From assembly GCF_964188315.1 (NCBI RefSeq), contig NC_135670.1, forward strand, positions 1,302,001 through 1,366,000: a DNA stretch of 64,000 nucleotides. Direction: 5' to 3'. A program made the position numbers and the translations under genes. The notes under the pieces are model-generated. The model did not search any database and was not told the origin of the DNA. It saw nothing but the letters and a program-made list of their open reading frames with translations. Source of the stretch: Podarcis muralis. Its lineage: Eukaryota. Shown here in pieces: positions 25,360-37,772 of this stretch (the stretch's first letter is position 1; each line of letters opens with the position of its first letter).

Positions 25360-28300
25360 TCATTGTTTTGTTCTTCTTAGCTGTTCCTTGTTGTTCAGCT
25401 CAGGTCTCAACAGGATGATATAGAGCTTTGGAGAAAAGATACAAACCAGCAACCCAGCACTGGAGGCCAAGATGGAGAAAATCTCCACGGCAACCATATA
25501 TTTCCCCCTTGTGCTGAGATAGGTTGGGACAAAGGTCAACCAAACACTGCAAAAGACCAACATACTGAAGGTGATAAACTTGGCTTCATTAAAACTACCA
25601 GGCAACTTACGGGCTAGGAAAGCGACACAGAAGCTGACAGTGGCAAGCAAACCTATGAAGCCCAAGACGCAGTAAAACAAGGCGACTGAGCCCTCATTAC
25701 ATTCTAGTATAATTTCTTTAACAACTGAGTGCATGTTGAACTCTGGGAATGGGGTAGAGGTTGAGAGCCACACCGTACAAATAGTGCTTTGAATCAGGGA
25801 GGAGCCAAGAACAATGGAAACAGCCAGTCTCTTCCCCAACCATTTCCTCATTCGGGATCCAGGCATGGTGGCCATGAAAGCTAGAACGACAATGGTGGTT
25901 TTGGCCAGAACACAAGACACAGCTGCTGTGAAGATAATGCCAAAAGCAGTTTGTCGAAGAAGGCATGTCAGTGTTTTTGGTTGGCCAATGAAGAGCAAAG
26001 CACAAAGGAAGGAGAGAAGGAGGAACATGAGGAGAGCGTAGGTGAGATTCCGGTTGTTGGCTTTGACAATGGGAGTGCCCTGGTGCTTAACAAAGATGCC
26101 AAGCACTAAAGCTGTAAGGAATGAAAAGGAAAGAGCCAATATTGCCAGAGTCATCCCCAAAGCTTCTTCATAAGACAGGAAACTTATGACTTTTGGAATG
26201 CATGAATCCTGGGCATTATTTGGATACTGATCCTCTGGACATTGCAAACAGTCATCCATGTCTGGAAAAGAAAACATAAGGTTTGAAATATGGGAGCCCT
26301 GTTTACAGCGGAATAAGCAAGAATAAAGAAATAATAATAATCACTAGTTGGGGTAGCCAATATTAATTCTACAAAACCTAGAAAGATGTGTTCTTGGTAG
26401 ATGTATGACAAGCATATCTTTGTCTTTCTTATGCAATTATATACAGTGGTACCTCGCAAGACGAATGCCTCGCAAGACGAAAAACGCGCAAGACGAAAGA
26501 GTTTTTCGTTTTTTGAGTTGCTTCGCAAGACGACTTTCCCTATGGGCTTGCTGCGCAAGACGAAAACGTCTTGCAAGAGCAACTCATAGCACGCGGTGTG
26601 GTAGCCTTTTTTGAGGTTTTGGGGAAACCGTGCTTTGCAAGACGAAAAATTCGCAAGATGAAAAATTCGCAAGGCGAAGAAACTCGCAGAATGAATTAAT
26701 TTCGTCTTGTGAGGCACCACTGTATTCAGGATACTGTACTCAGAGATAGTAGGTGTGGAACCTGGTTGTGGATTCCAATCAGAAGGGGATACTATCCCTG
26801 GAAATTTCATCCAGTTCTGTTAAAAAAGGGGGGGAGAGCATTCCATAGATGGGGTGCCACTGCAGAGAAGACCTGTTCTCGTGTTACCACCCTCCTGCCT
26901 CTCGAGGAGGCGGCACATGAAGGAGGGCCTCGGAAGATGATCTCAGGGTCCAGGTAGGTTCATACGGGAAGAGGTGGTCCTTGAGGTATTGCGATCCTGA
27001 GCCATTTAAGGCTTTATAGGTCAAAACCAGCACTTTGAATTGGGCCCTGAAACTAATTGGTAGCCAGTGCAGTTGGACCACGATTGGTGTAATATGTTCA
27101 AACCGTCTTGTTCCCTTGAGCAACCTGGCTGCTGAATTCTGCACTAGCTGAAGTATCTGAACCATCTTCAGAGGCAGCCCTACGTATAACGCACTGCAGT
27201 AATCTAACCTTGAGGTTACCAGAGCATAGACAACAGTAGTTAGGCTATCCCTGTCCAGATAGGGGAGTAACTGGGCCACAAGATGAAGCTGGGTCAATTT
27301 GCACTACCCATGCAAAGTAAAATTAAATAACACAGCATGTGCAAAGAGATAGTTAAACATCTTGCGGTTAAGTCATTTGTGAAAATTTTCCATTATACTA
27401 CTTACCCTTCTGGTTTGAGATCTTCCCTTCTGGACAGGGAAGGCAATCATAGCAGCAGAATGGCTCCCCTTCCTTCTTGGTTCGACTATAACCCAAATGG
27501 CAATTGTCGTTACAAAGAGAAAGGGGCAGTGCCTGTACATAAAATCATAGAAACATATATGCTATAAACATGGTGTCCCCAGACTGACTCCAACATCTGC
27601 ATCCCTTAGGACAGGTGTGGGGACCTTCAAGTCTTGGCAATGCTTGCTTGGAATATGGGTGTTGCAGTTTAGAAAAATCTGGAGACCTGAAGATTCCTCA
27701 CTCTTGTCTTAGGGGAAGGGCCATAGCTCAACAGTAGAATATCTGCTTTGCATGCATAAGCTCCTGGGTTCAATCCCAGGCAGCTCCTGTTAGGGTTCAG
27801 AAAGACCTTGGTCTTGAGCCCCAGAGACCAGTTTCCAGTCAGTGTCAACTCTACTGAGCTAGATGGGTCATTTGTCTGGCTGGTTATAAAGCATCTTCCC
27901 GTGTTGCTATGTATATTGAATGGAATGTAAGAAAAGCAGTGTCTAGAAACATCTCATCATATCATGATTACCATTAAACTTATTTATTTCATTTATCACT
28001 TTGATACAAAACAATCTAAAGGCATCTTACAATATACAGAATAAAGTAAAAATGCAAGAATAGCACAAGAGGGTAAAAACACAACGAACAACAAAGCACT
28101 AAATAGCATCATGCACTAGTTCTCATAGAGTTGTATGCCTTATGTGGTCCATGCAATTAGGACAACTGTATGAGCAGGGTCTTCACTGCACCAAGTCCCT
28201 ATAAATAGATAGCCATATGCATATGTAAACAAACATGTTCACATCTACCACGCAACATGCAAACATGGCGGACACGATTAGCAATAGCACAGTTTGTGGC

Positions 28301-31300
28301 ATGCTCCAAAGGGTGTGAGCCTACCTGCCAGTGTGTAAATGAAGATGCAAAGGAAGATGACTACAGACAGATGTTTTGCCATGACACTTTTTAGATAGAG
28401 CCCACAAAAATGGGCCTGAACTGTACCTGGTTAAATCTGCTGGGCCACACAATTGCATCCTCATGAATGGTGAACTGTTTGCCCGAAGCGGCCTGTGGGT
28501 CTATCCCGCCAACTCTTACTTGAAGAATGGACTGGTTTGCGAATGTCACCCAGTTCATTATATCAAATGCAGACTCCAGTTCTCCATTTTGGTTGAAATA
28601 AACCTTTTCCCCAGCACTATTATTAAAGACGCTACTTCTCACCCAGTGGCTGAGCTAAATTCAGGAGGGGGAAAGAGAATGGGAATAGAAGGGTAATTAA
28701 TAACTATATAGGTAAAGGTAAAGGACCCCTGGATGGTTAAGTGCGGCGACTATGGGGTGTAGCGCTCGTTTCGCTTCAGGCCGAGGCAGCCAGCGTTTGT
28801 CCACAGATAGCTTTCCAGGTCATGTGGCCAGCATGACTAAACTGCTTTTGGCACAACAAAACACCTTTACGGAAGCCAGAGCGCATGGAAACGCTGTTTA
28901 CCTTCCCACCACAGCAGTACCTATTTATCTACTTGCACTGGTATGCTTTTGAACTGCCAGGTTGGCAGAAACTGGGACAGAGCAACGGGAGCTCACCCCA
29001 TCGCACGGACTCGAACTGCCGACCTTTTGATCGGCAAGCCCAAGAGGCTCAGTGGTTTAGACCACAGCGCCACCTGCATCCCCAAATATAACTAGATATA
29101 GCAGGTTGATGGTGAGCTTTCCCACTTGAGGGATATGAGGTCCTTCAACAAAGGATTTATAAAGACTAGTAGTAGATGCAATTATAGTTATCAAGCACTA
29201 AAAGCCCCACATCTCCACCATCTTCTTTGTCATCACCTTCATTCCATCAAGAAGAATGCTTAACAACCAAGCAGCACAAGGAAAGGAAGAAGGAAGATTT
29301 AAAGTCTTTCAAGCAGCCTTTACGTCTTATGAACAAGTAAGGCTTGTTACTACCTTTTTGTTTAGAATAAAGGAGGGTTAAGCTCCACCAACTGAAGGGA
29401 TTTTTAAAGAGGTTTGAAGAATTCACAGGGGATAAGGCTGTCAATGCCTGCTGACCATCATGTCCATGTTCTGCTTCCATGGTTGAAGGCAGGATGCCTC
29501 TGATTGCCAGTTGCTAGGAATCAAAATTGGGGTGAGCCCTGTTGCAATCAGGTCCTGTGGGCATCTGGCTGGACATTGTGAGAAGAGGATGTTGGAGTAG
29601 ATGGGTCCTTGGCCTGATCCTGCAGGATCTGATTACGTCCTCAAGTAAGTGGATGCAGATAACTGACCTTCTGTATATGCTTTCGTAGTATATTATATTA
29701 CTACTGCTGCTTGGGGAATTTGCTGAATTTCAGCAAGATTTTATATGATGCATCTTTTAATGAAAAACAATTATACAAAAGACACAGACCATTCTGCAGC
29801 AACTGCCATTTGGCATTAAATAAAACTCCTGTTGCAATCTCCTGTTAGTGAGATGAATGGCCTATCCCCATTCAGGATGAGTCCTCACTGAGCTCCCTGG
29901 CAGCTTCTACTGACATATGTAAAACAGATTCATAAAACAGTGAATCATGTTTTCAACAAGACATGTAATTTGGTCTTTAGATGCGAACCCATAATACTAA
30001 TACTAATAATAATAATAATAATACCTATTCAGGTTGAGTAAGTTAAAAAGTTATAACACGATTAGGAAATAGAGGATATAGCAAGAAACAAAATTTAAGG
30101 TGGTAGACCTCTAGTCGAGAAGGAGGGAAGTCATAGGATCACTGGAGCCAAAAGGTGTGTTAATGAAAATATAATGTGATGTAATGATAATATATGTAAA
30201 AAATTAATAAAAATTGTTATATGGGGGAAAAAGATGCTAACCACTGTTGGTGAGAACAGAAACTTTTCAAACACTCTGGATTCTTCCCTTTTTTTATTAT
30301 TTCCAAGGGTATGGGGAGCATTCCTGCATTATTGCGCTCCTGATCTTACCTTCCACACCTGTTGATTCCAAAACGTCAGCCATCCTCCATCCACGATTGC
30401 TCTGTGTTTGAATTGAGATGAGTGTGCGGCATGCAAGGCATGTGCCACAGCATAGACTGCATTGTAGATGCTGTAGCTGTGTCCAGTCATGCTCGTTTGA
30501 AAAATAGACCCCGGAAGAGTCTCCAGCTTCTCCTCCCCAGTGCAAATTTTGCCATCCTGTATATTTTCCCCAGAGTCAGGGAAATCGCACGCAAATGCCT
30601 TTTCCCAGTACACCTTCATAAAGCCATCTTCTTTTTCCAAGATGGGATTTCTCGTCTGAAAAAAATCCTGGAATCCCAAGACCTCCTTTGAGTGAATTGT
30701 GAAGGACAGAGCACCATGGAGGAAGTCAATGTCCAGATCTCTTTGAAAGGGAAGTGATGTGAAATCCATCTGGACTGTCATGACCCAAACTTTCCCTTTG
30801 GCCTTCATTGGTATACCTTCATATTCTGACATTTCAGGAAATGCTCTCAAAACTGTCATGGAATCAATTTCACCATGAATGAGCAACACATTGACAGTAC
30901 TTCTCATGGCAATATTAAATGTCTTGAGTCCATCTGTAACCACGTCTGTAACACTGCTAGAATATGTAATTGTTGGAAATCTTTCCATGAAATCAAAGCA
31001 GATTCCTCTCAGGATAAATTTTGGAACCACGCTCTGTATAAACCTGTCTCCATTCTCGTCATTCACAGTCAACAAACCAGTCCATGTCCACCTGAAATGT
31101 AGCAATAACTTGAGAATCCCTTCATACTGATGGTCTAGATTTGGGAACATTTGGTGGTAGAAAGCAGCTTCAGTTTTTATTTTTCCCACTGGAGAAGAGC
31201 CATAGATGAGCTAAATGAAAGGTAGGGAGTGAGGAGAAGAGATACTTTTAAAAAAGGGTGAGGTGGTTTACTTGTTTACTTGTATTGGCAGCAGTTAAAA

Positions 31301-33435
31301 TCCAACCTAGATTTCAGATTTGTTGCTGTTGTTGTTGAGTGCTGACGACCTGGGAGTTTTTCAGTTTTTCTCAAGCTTAAGAGAAAGTGGTGGAATTCAA
31401 AGGTATAAATATGCTGACCAATTCTCTAAACCAGAGCTTTCCAAACATTTCATGTTGGTGACACACTTTTTAAGAGATGCATCATTTCATGACCTAGTAA
31501 TTCAATTTTACTAGCAAACTGGAGGTTAAACTAACCCTTTTCCAGCCCTGGGAGGAGTGTGGGGCACATTTGTGCGACACAGCGACACACCAACATGTTG
31601 CGACACACAGTTTGGAAAGCTCTTCTCTAAACCTAGCAAAGGAATTCACTTTGTCCTCACTTGTGAAACTATAGTGGCAGAAAGTATATACTGAAAGAGG
31701 GTTGTGCCAGTCTACTCAAACAATTGCACGCATTTGCCTTTCGTGGTTGTGCCATGTCTTACATTCACTGGCATAGCAGGGCTTCCACCATATTCTGTTG
31801 TTGGATTAGAACTCCCATAATCTATGAGCACTGACCACGTTGTCTGGGGCTAATGAAAGTTGGATTTCAATCTCATCTGAAGGACACCACACTGGTATAT
31901 TTACTGTAGTCCCTCAGCCAGTTTACTTCAAGCATAGATCAGCACAATTAGACACAAATATTTATATTAAGATATCCGTCCAGCTCTTCACCATTTATTT
32001 CCATGGCAGTTATCATATATTAAGCAATAAGGGGAAAGAGCAAAGGGAAAAGGATGAACAAAAAAGGATGAACACAGTGACAGTTGTAAAGGTACAGCTG
32101 ATCTTCAGAACTTGCAAAGTGCCATGCCTTTGCCTCAAAAGAAGACCCAATGGTCTGGGTAGTTTGACACCATGAGAGGTGCTCTGGGAGAATTTTACCT
32201 GTGGAATCTTGTAGATGCTCAGTATAGTTGCCATGTGGAGACAGACTTCAGAGTTAGAGCCTCCAATGACTGCTACGGGGTTATTCTGGAGGTCACACTT
32301 GTAGTTGGGGATGTATCTGCCATATGTAGAGAGGAGTTCCAAGGAGACACGATAGGTCCAGCTTGGGCTGAACTGACTGTTGTAGATGTGGAAGCCCAGG
32401 GTGAGGTTGGGTAAGATTTGGGGGTTTACATTGATCTCCTTTACAGCAAATACTAATGCCAGGATGTGTTGGTAGAGCTGTGTCATGATCCTGAAATGAT
32501 AGTTATGTACATGCTGTGCCACAGTGCGTTTCCTTCTGGATGGGACATCTGCTACACTTCAGTTGAGCTAATAATATTTTACAGATCAATCTATCTCAGT
32601 CTAGGGAAATCTGGAGGAACATTAGCACACACAGATTCCAGCCCTAAACTGGGGGACTAAGCCTTTAAAAAAAAAGAGTTTGACTTACACAATCCCTTTT
32701 GCTAAGGTTGCTTCCACTGGGATGCTAGGTCATTTGAAGGAAACCCAATGGAGTATGGAGTAGATCTCCACCTGCTCCAGCACTGCCATGCACCTGGGAA
32801 CATCTCCCGTTTTGGGGGCTTACCCTGGCCTTGTATGATCCAGGTGAGCTCCAAATCAGCTGGAATGGGAGACTTACATCACTGTATCTCTGTCTGATCT
32901 GGGATGAGGGGTTTCAGCTGGCTGAGCCCAGGATGATCCACCTTGCAGATCCTGGCTTTGAATTGCTCCTTAAGCTGCTGAGAGAAATAGGCTGGGGATG
33001 TTAGATTCATGGCTGCCACAACTAAAAAGACAACAGGAAGGTGATGATTAATGTGGCTTAGCTACAGGTATGATGCAATTATTTGACAAAGGCAGGGAAA
33101 GTTGAGCTGCCATTCTTCTCCCATTCACTGGATCTAACACTGATCTATGGGCCTGGCTCTTCCAGGGAAAATATAATAAATATGTGGTATCAGAGGATTT
33201 TAGAAAACAAATCTTACACAATGTCATCAAAGAGGTCACTAGAAGGACATTTTTCGAAGTCTATTGAGTTGAAGAATATGTAGATCTGAGACATAATACC
33301 AGCAATGATGAGGTCTCCTGGCTGGTAGTACTTGTGAAGAATAGGAAGGGGATTACTGATGCTGCATTCAATATTAGGAATCTTGCATGTCACCTGAGGC
33401 AAAGGCACTGGTTGCCATAGTACAAATCCAACCAT
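25360..33435 (-). CDS. V2R-3, vomeronasal type-2 receptor, intact (about 875 aa); exons 33435-33218, 32490-32199, 31210-30350, 28654-28427, 27532-27406, 26261-25360
   Basis: Exon sizes 218/292/861/228/127/902, GT-AG, no stops. In-frame upstream ATG at 33483. [11 protein letters not shown] in the 7TM. Confidence 0.93.
26444..26722. mobile_element. Tc1/mariner-type MITE, family B (CGCAAGACGAA-rich)
   Basis: TIR CAGTGGTACCTCGCAAGACG / CGTCTTGTGAGGCACCACTG with TA flanks. Other copies at 59871-60243 and 62937-63292. Confidence 0.82.
26825..27297 (-). mobile_element. L2-clade LINE fragment (second subfamily)
   Basis: ORF 26884-27297 reads [55 protein letters not shown]. Confidence 0.88.
27712..27910 (+). 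mobile_element. Old tRNA-derived SINE
   Basis: Head gggccatagctcaacagtaga..gggttcaatcccagg and body ccagtcagtgt..tgagctagatgg. Related decayed copies at about 38585-38760 and 62812-62936 (the latter split by a MITE). Confidence 0.55.
28711..29083 (-). mobile_element. Sauria SINE, older subfamily
   Basis: (ACCTTT)n tail and tRNA-like head GGGATGCAGGTGGCGCTGTGGTCTAAACC. Imperfect TSD taactatata / taactagata. Confidence 0.85.
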
Positions 33436-34380
33436 CTTGCATGAAATAATTCTTCTTGTACATAAATTCTCCCACCTCCACATTCTCCTTTGCTGAGTCC
33501 TGTACTGCAGCCTGCACAGCCTGGCTTAAGGAGACACTAGGGGCTGATTTGTGGCTCAGATGGTGCAGGATAAAGTCTCTGTTATGAGACGGACCAAGCG
33601 CTGGCTATCTCGTCATACCTTGGAAATGTACAAGGGATATTAGTAGGATCCTCCTACTTTCCTTAATAATAATGCAGCTCATAGTACCCTTATATGGGGA
33701 GAAGTGTCTTCTGTTCTTATGTTAATAATTACAAGGGTGATAATCACATTATTATGGTTTACAGGCACTTAGATGTGATGGCTGCAATCATCCAGTTTAT
33801 GTCATCACCTAGTTGTCTTATGGAAATTAATGGGCCCAGATGATGCAATTTGTAGCAAGAAACTAGATGGATGTAACTATAGTAGTTAGGGGCAGATGAT
33901 GTTTATATTCTCAACTTTGCACTATCAGGGACCATTAAGCAAACAATATGCTAGGTGCATTATACTTGAAAGTGAAGTTGGGCTGCTTGCTCTGTGCAGG
34001 TCTCAGAGGTCTATATGAATAGAGAGAATGAGGGTATTTTGTGGGTATTTTCCAGAGTTCAAAAGTAGCAGAAAAGTTTCAAAAGATTCCCTATTAATAA
34101 GATGATGTTTGAAATCCCCTTGAAAAGTTATTGTGTGTGGCGGGAGTTTAATATCCTTGAGAACCAGCCCTAAGTTTGTATTCTCTGTAGTCCTGACTTC
34201 TGTTCATTTGTAATGAGACGCCTAGAGAGCAAAGGATCAACTCAGCAACTCAGCAGACTCTCCACCTCTTCCCATGCCAGAGATTGCCCGCCTTGTAAGG
34301 TCTGCCAGAGACTATTCATTGTCTGCCCAGTGATACACTGTAGAAACTTCCAAGCTTACTTAAGTAGAGTTTGACTTTTT

Positions 34381-35008
34381 CAACCCCGGTCTGGTGGAAC
34401 GCTCTGTCACAAGAGATCAGGGCCCTGTGGGATTTGACATCTTTCCGCAGGGTCTGCAAGATGGAGTTGTTCCACCAGGCCTTTGGTCAGGGCTCAGCCT
34501 GACTCCCCTTTTCTTTTCGTATAAGAACTACAGTGGTACCTCAGGTTACATACGCTTCAGGTTACAGACTCCGCTAACCCAGAAATAGTGATTCAGGTTA
34601 AGAACTTTGGTTCAGGATGAGAACAGAAATCGTGCTCCAGCGGCGTGGCAGTGGCAGCGGGAGGCCCCATTAGCTAAAGTGGTGCTTCAGGTTAAGAACA
34701 GTTTCAGTTTAAGTATGGACCTCCGGAACGAATTAAGTACTTAATCTGAGGTACCACTGTAATATGAAAGAAGCCCCCCAGCCTTCTCACAGGCCCATAT
34801 AAGAACAGCGTAAACAGCTGGGCCTGATGAACATTTACTGTTCCCAACCCTAACCCTGCAGAAAGCCTTCTAATTAGACTTTAATGTGATTTTGACCTGT
34901 TTTTATGAGGCAATATAATTATTGTTTGATTTTATACTAATGTTATATATCTGATGTTAGCCGCCCTGAGCCTGACTTCGGCCGGGGAGGGCGGGATATA
35001 AATAAAAG

Positions 35009-35067
<59 letters not shown>

Positions 35068-35068
35068 A
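34381..35068 (+). mobile_element. L2-type 3' end with (GTT)n tail, interrupted by family-A MITE 34531-34759
   Basis: tggaacgctctg..gagatcagggccctg..ttccaccaggcctttgg, then gttagccgccctgagcc..gggcgggatataaataaa and (GTT)n at 35007-35068. The MITE sits at a TA. Confidence 0.75.
34531..34759. mobile_element. Tc1/mariner-type MITE, family A
   Basis: Perfect TIR CAGTGGTACCTCAG / CTGAGGTACCACTG with TA TSD. Homologous to 6243-6484. Confidence 0.85.
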
Positions 35069-35302
35069 TTCAGGCCTTAAGGTACTGAAAATTATAGACT
35101 GGTTAGCATAACATCTGTCCTGGGAAGACTTGTAGAAAGTATGATCATTCAGTCAGTCATAATTTTATTTGTACGCTTCTCTTCTACAAAAACAATCAGG
35201 CTCCAAGTGTCTCACAACAAAGAAAACAGGAAGACATCTCAAAATGAACCAAGTCCAAAAGTTTACTCGTGGCTTTTCTAAAGTGATAGAATTTTAGTGG
35301 CT

Positions 35303-37708
35303 TCAATGATTCCTTCTTCTTAACTGCTCCTTGTTATTCAACTCAGGCCTCAGTATAATAATATAACATTTTGGGGAAAATATGCAGCCAAGTATCCCAA
35401 AGCTGGAGGCCAAGATGGAGAAGATCTTGACAGCCACCATGTATTTTCCTTTGGTGCTCAAGTACGTTGGGACAAAGGAAAGCCAAACGCTACAAAAGAC
35501 CAACATGCTGAAGGTGATGAACTTGGCTTCATTGAAACTGTCAGGCAACTTCCGGGCTAGGAATGCCATGATGAAGCTGAACATGGCCAGGAAGCCCATA
35601 AAGCCCAGAGCACAATAGAACATGAAGGATGATCCTTCATTACATTGCAATACAATCTCTTTGGTCACCGAATGCATGTCTAAATCTGGGAACGGAGGAG
35701 ATGCTGCCAGCCACACAATGCAAATGGCGACTTGTGTAAGGGAGCAGGAAAGAACAATGGAAATGGACAGTCTTTTCCCTGCCCACATCCTCATCCTGCT
35801 CCCTGGTTTGGTGGCCATGAAAGCCAGAACTACAATGATGGTTTTGGCCAACACACAAGAAATTGCCACTGAAAAGATTATGCCAAATGCGGTTTGTTGT
35901 AGAAGACAGGTAAGACTTTCAGGCTGGCCAATGAATAGCAAAACACAAAGAAAGGAGAGAAGGAGGGAGAGAAGGAGAACGTAGGTGAGGCTCTGGTTGT
36001 TGGCTTTGACTATGGGAGTGTCCCTGTGCATAATGAAGATTCCCAGCACCAAAGCTGTGATGAAAGACAAGGAAAGAGCAGAACTGGTCAAAGTGATTCC
36101 CAAAGGTTCTTCATACGTCAGGAAGGTTATATATTTTGGAATACATGAATCCTGGTCGTCATTTGGAAACTGATCTTCTGGACACTGGAAACAGTTCTCT
36201 GTGTCTGGAAAACAAAACATCAGGTCTGAAATAATCAAATCTAAATGTGAGAAAGAGCTGGATGAATGTTGTCGGGTTAAAAATGGAAGTATAACTATTT
36301 GCAAGATGTTGTTCTCACAGATGAGCAACCCAGCAGCACTGGATGCTCAGTTTTGTCAATGAATAGGTCTTTCCCTACTACTTATTGTTGGGGAGGTGCG
36401 GAACAAACTACTTCTCCTCTTGGTCTGGGGAAGGGCAGCCTTGCCATTTCCACACTGACTGCTGAAGGAGCAGCTGCAGGGACCACTGTTAACCCTTTCC
36501 CTGTCAGCAAGAACATTCTGCACCAACTGTACAAAGGCAGTTGACAGCACCAATTGTCAATTTCTTTTGTACAGCAGAGCTGCAAGAAAGCACACTTTGG
36601 CCCAATCAATCACATAGAAGATTTTGAGCTGCTGGGTCTGGGATGAGTACATGTAGCTTGGTGTTCTTTTGCTTTTCATCTCAAGAGACAATAGACTGAA
36701 AGGTGGGGCATAAGTCTTTAAAACGAATGAATGAGTTTGGTCTGTGTCACTTTGACATTACCTTTTGAAAACTGTGGCATTCCATTGTTGATATTTTATC
36801 GTTAGATTGCTTTAAGATGTTTTACAGGAAGCAATTCATGAATGGAATTTATGTATCATGTGTGATGTCTTCCAGGTGCAAAGATTCAGGATGTGGCAGA
36901 GAAATTGCCAAGTCTTGTAAAGCCCATTCACCACAACCCTTTCCTTCTGATCCATGTGGGTACTCACAATTCTGCCGCAACAACCTTCGATGTATAGCAA
37001 GGGGCTGTGCGACTTGGGGCAGGAAGCTGAAGGACCTTGAGACACAGGTGGTCTTTTCATAACTCCTTCCTGTTGAAGGCCATGGCCCAGGAAGAGAGAG
37101 GAAAATACTGGAGGTAAACCACTGGCTGTGCAGGTGGTGTCATCAGGGAGGGTTTGGCTTCTTGGACTGGGCTATGTTGACTACATGTCCGTTTATCAGA
37201 TTGCATCTTCATTCATATCAGCAGCTACCACCACCATTGTAGAATTGTGAACTACTCTTTTGACACAAGGGAAATGACTCTCTCTATATCCTGATGTCAA
37301 TATCCCTGATAAACTGTGTGCACGATATTTCTTACCCTTCTGGTTTGAGATCTTCCCTTCCGGACATGGAATGCAATCATAGCAGCAAAATGGCTTCCCT
37401 TCCTTCTTGGCCTTCTGATTCCCTGGGTGACAATTGTCATTGCACACAGAAAGGGGCTGTGCCTGTCCATACATGAAAGAAAAGAATGTTTTAATTTTTG
37501 CAAGTTTGTACCTCAAGGGTTAGATTTTGAATCAAGGAGGATTTCGTTTCATTTTGCAATCTGGAGCAAGCCTCCCTTTTCTGCACCTGCTGGATTATAC
37601 CTGAATCAGATAAATGATCACTTGTCTGTGAACCTTTGCAGAACACAGTTCACCCAAACTTAGATTGGCAAAGGGTGCTCTAATAGACTTCTTGACCCAC
37701 CCTCCCTC

Positions 37709-37772
<64 letters not shown>

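Noticed and set aside
26444-26722. CRISPR-like look of repeated CGCAAGACGAA motifs (also 59871-60243 and 62937-63292)
   Set aside because: Eukaryotic intron-exon context, irregular spacing, mixed orientation, and TIR plus TA TSD identify these as MITEs.
26184-26810. 208-aa minus-strand ORF
   Set aside because: A chance read-through across the MITE and intron into the exon-6 acceptor region, with no protein-like content.
35382-36173. Plus-strand ORFs over V2R exons (here and over the other 7TM and exon-3 regions)
   Set aside because: These are antisense shadows of real minus-strand coding exons.
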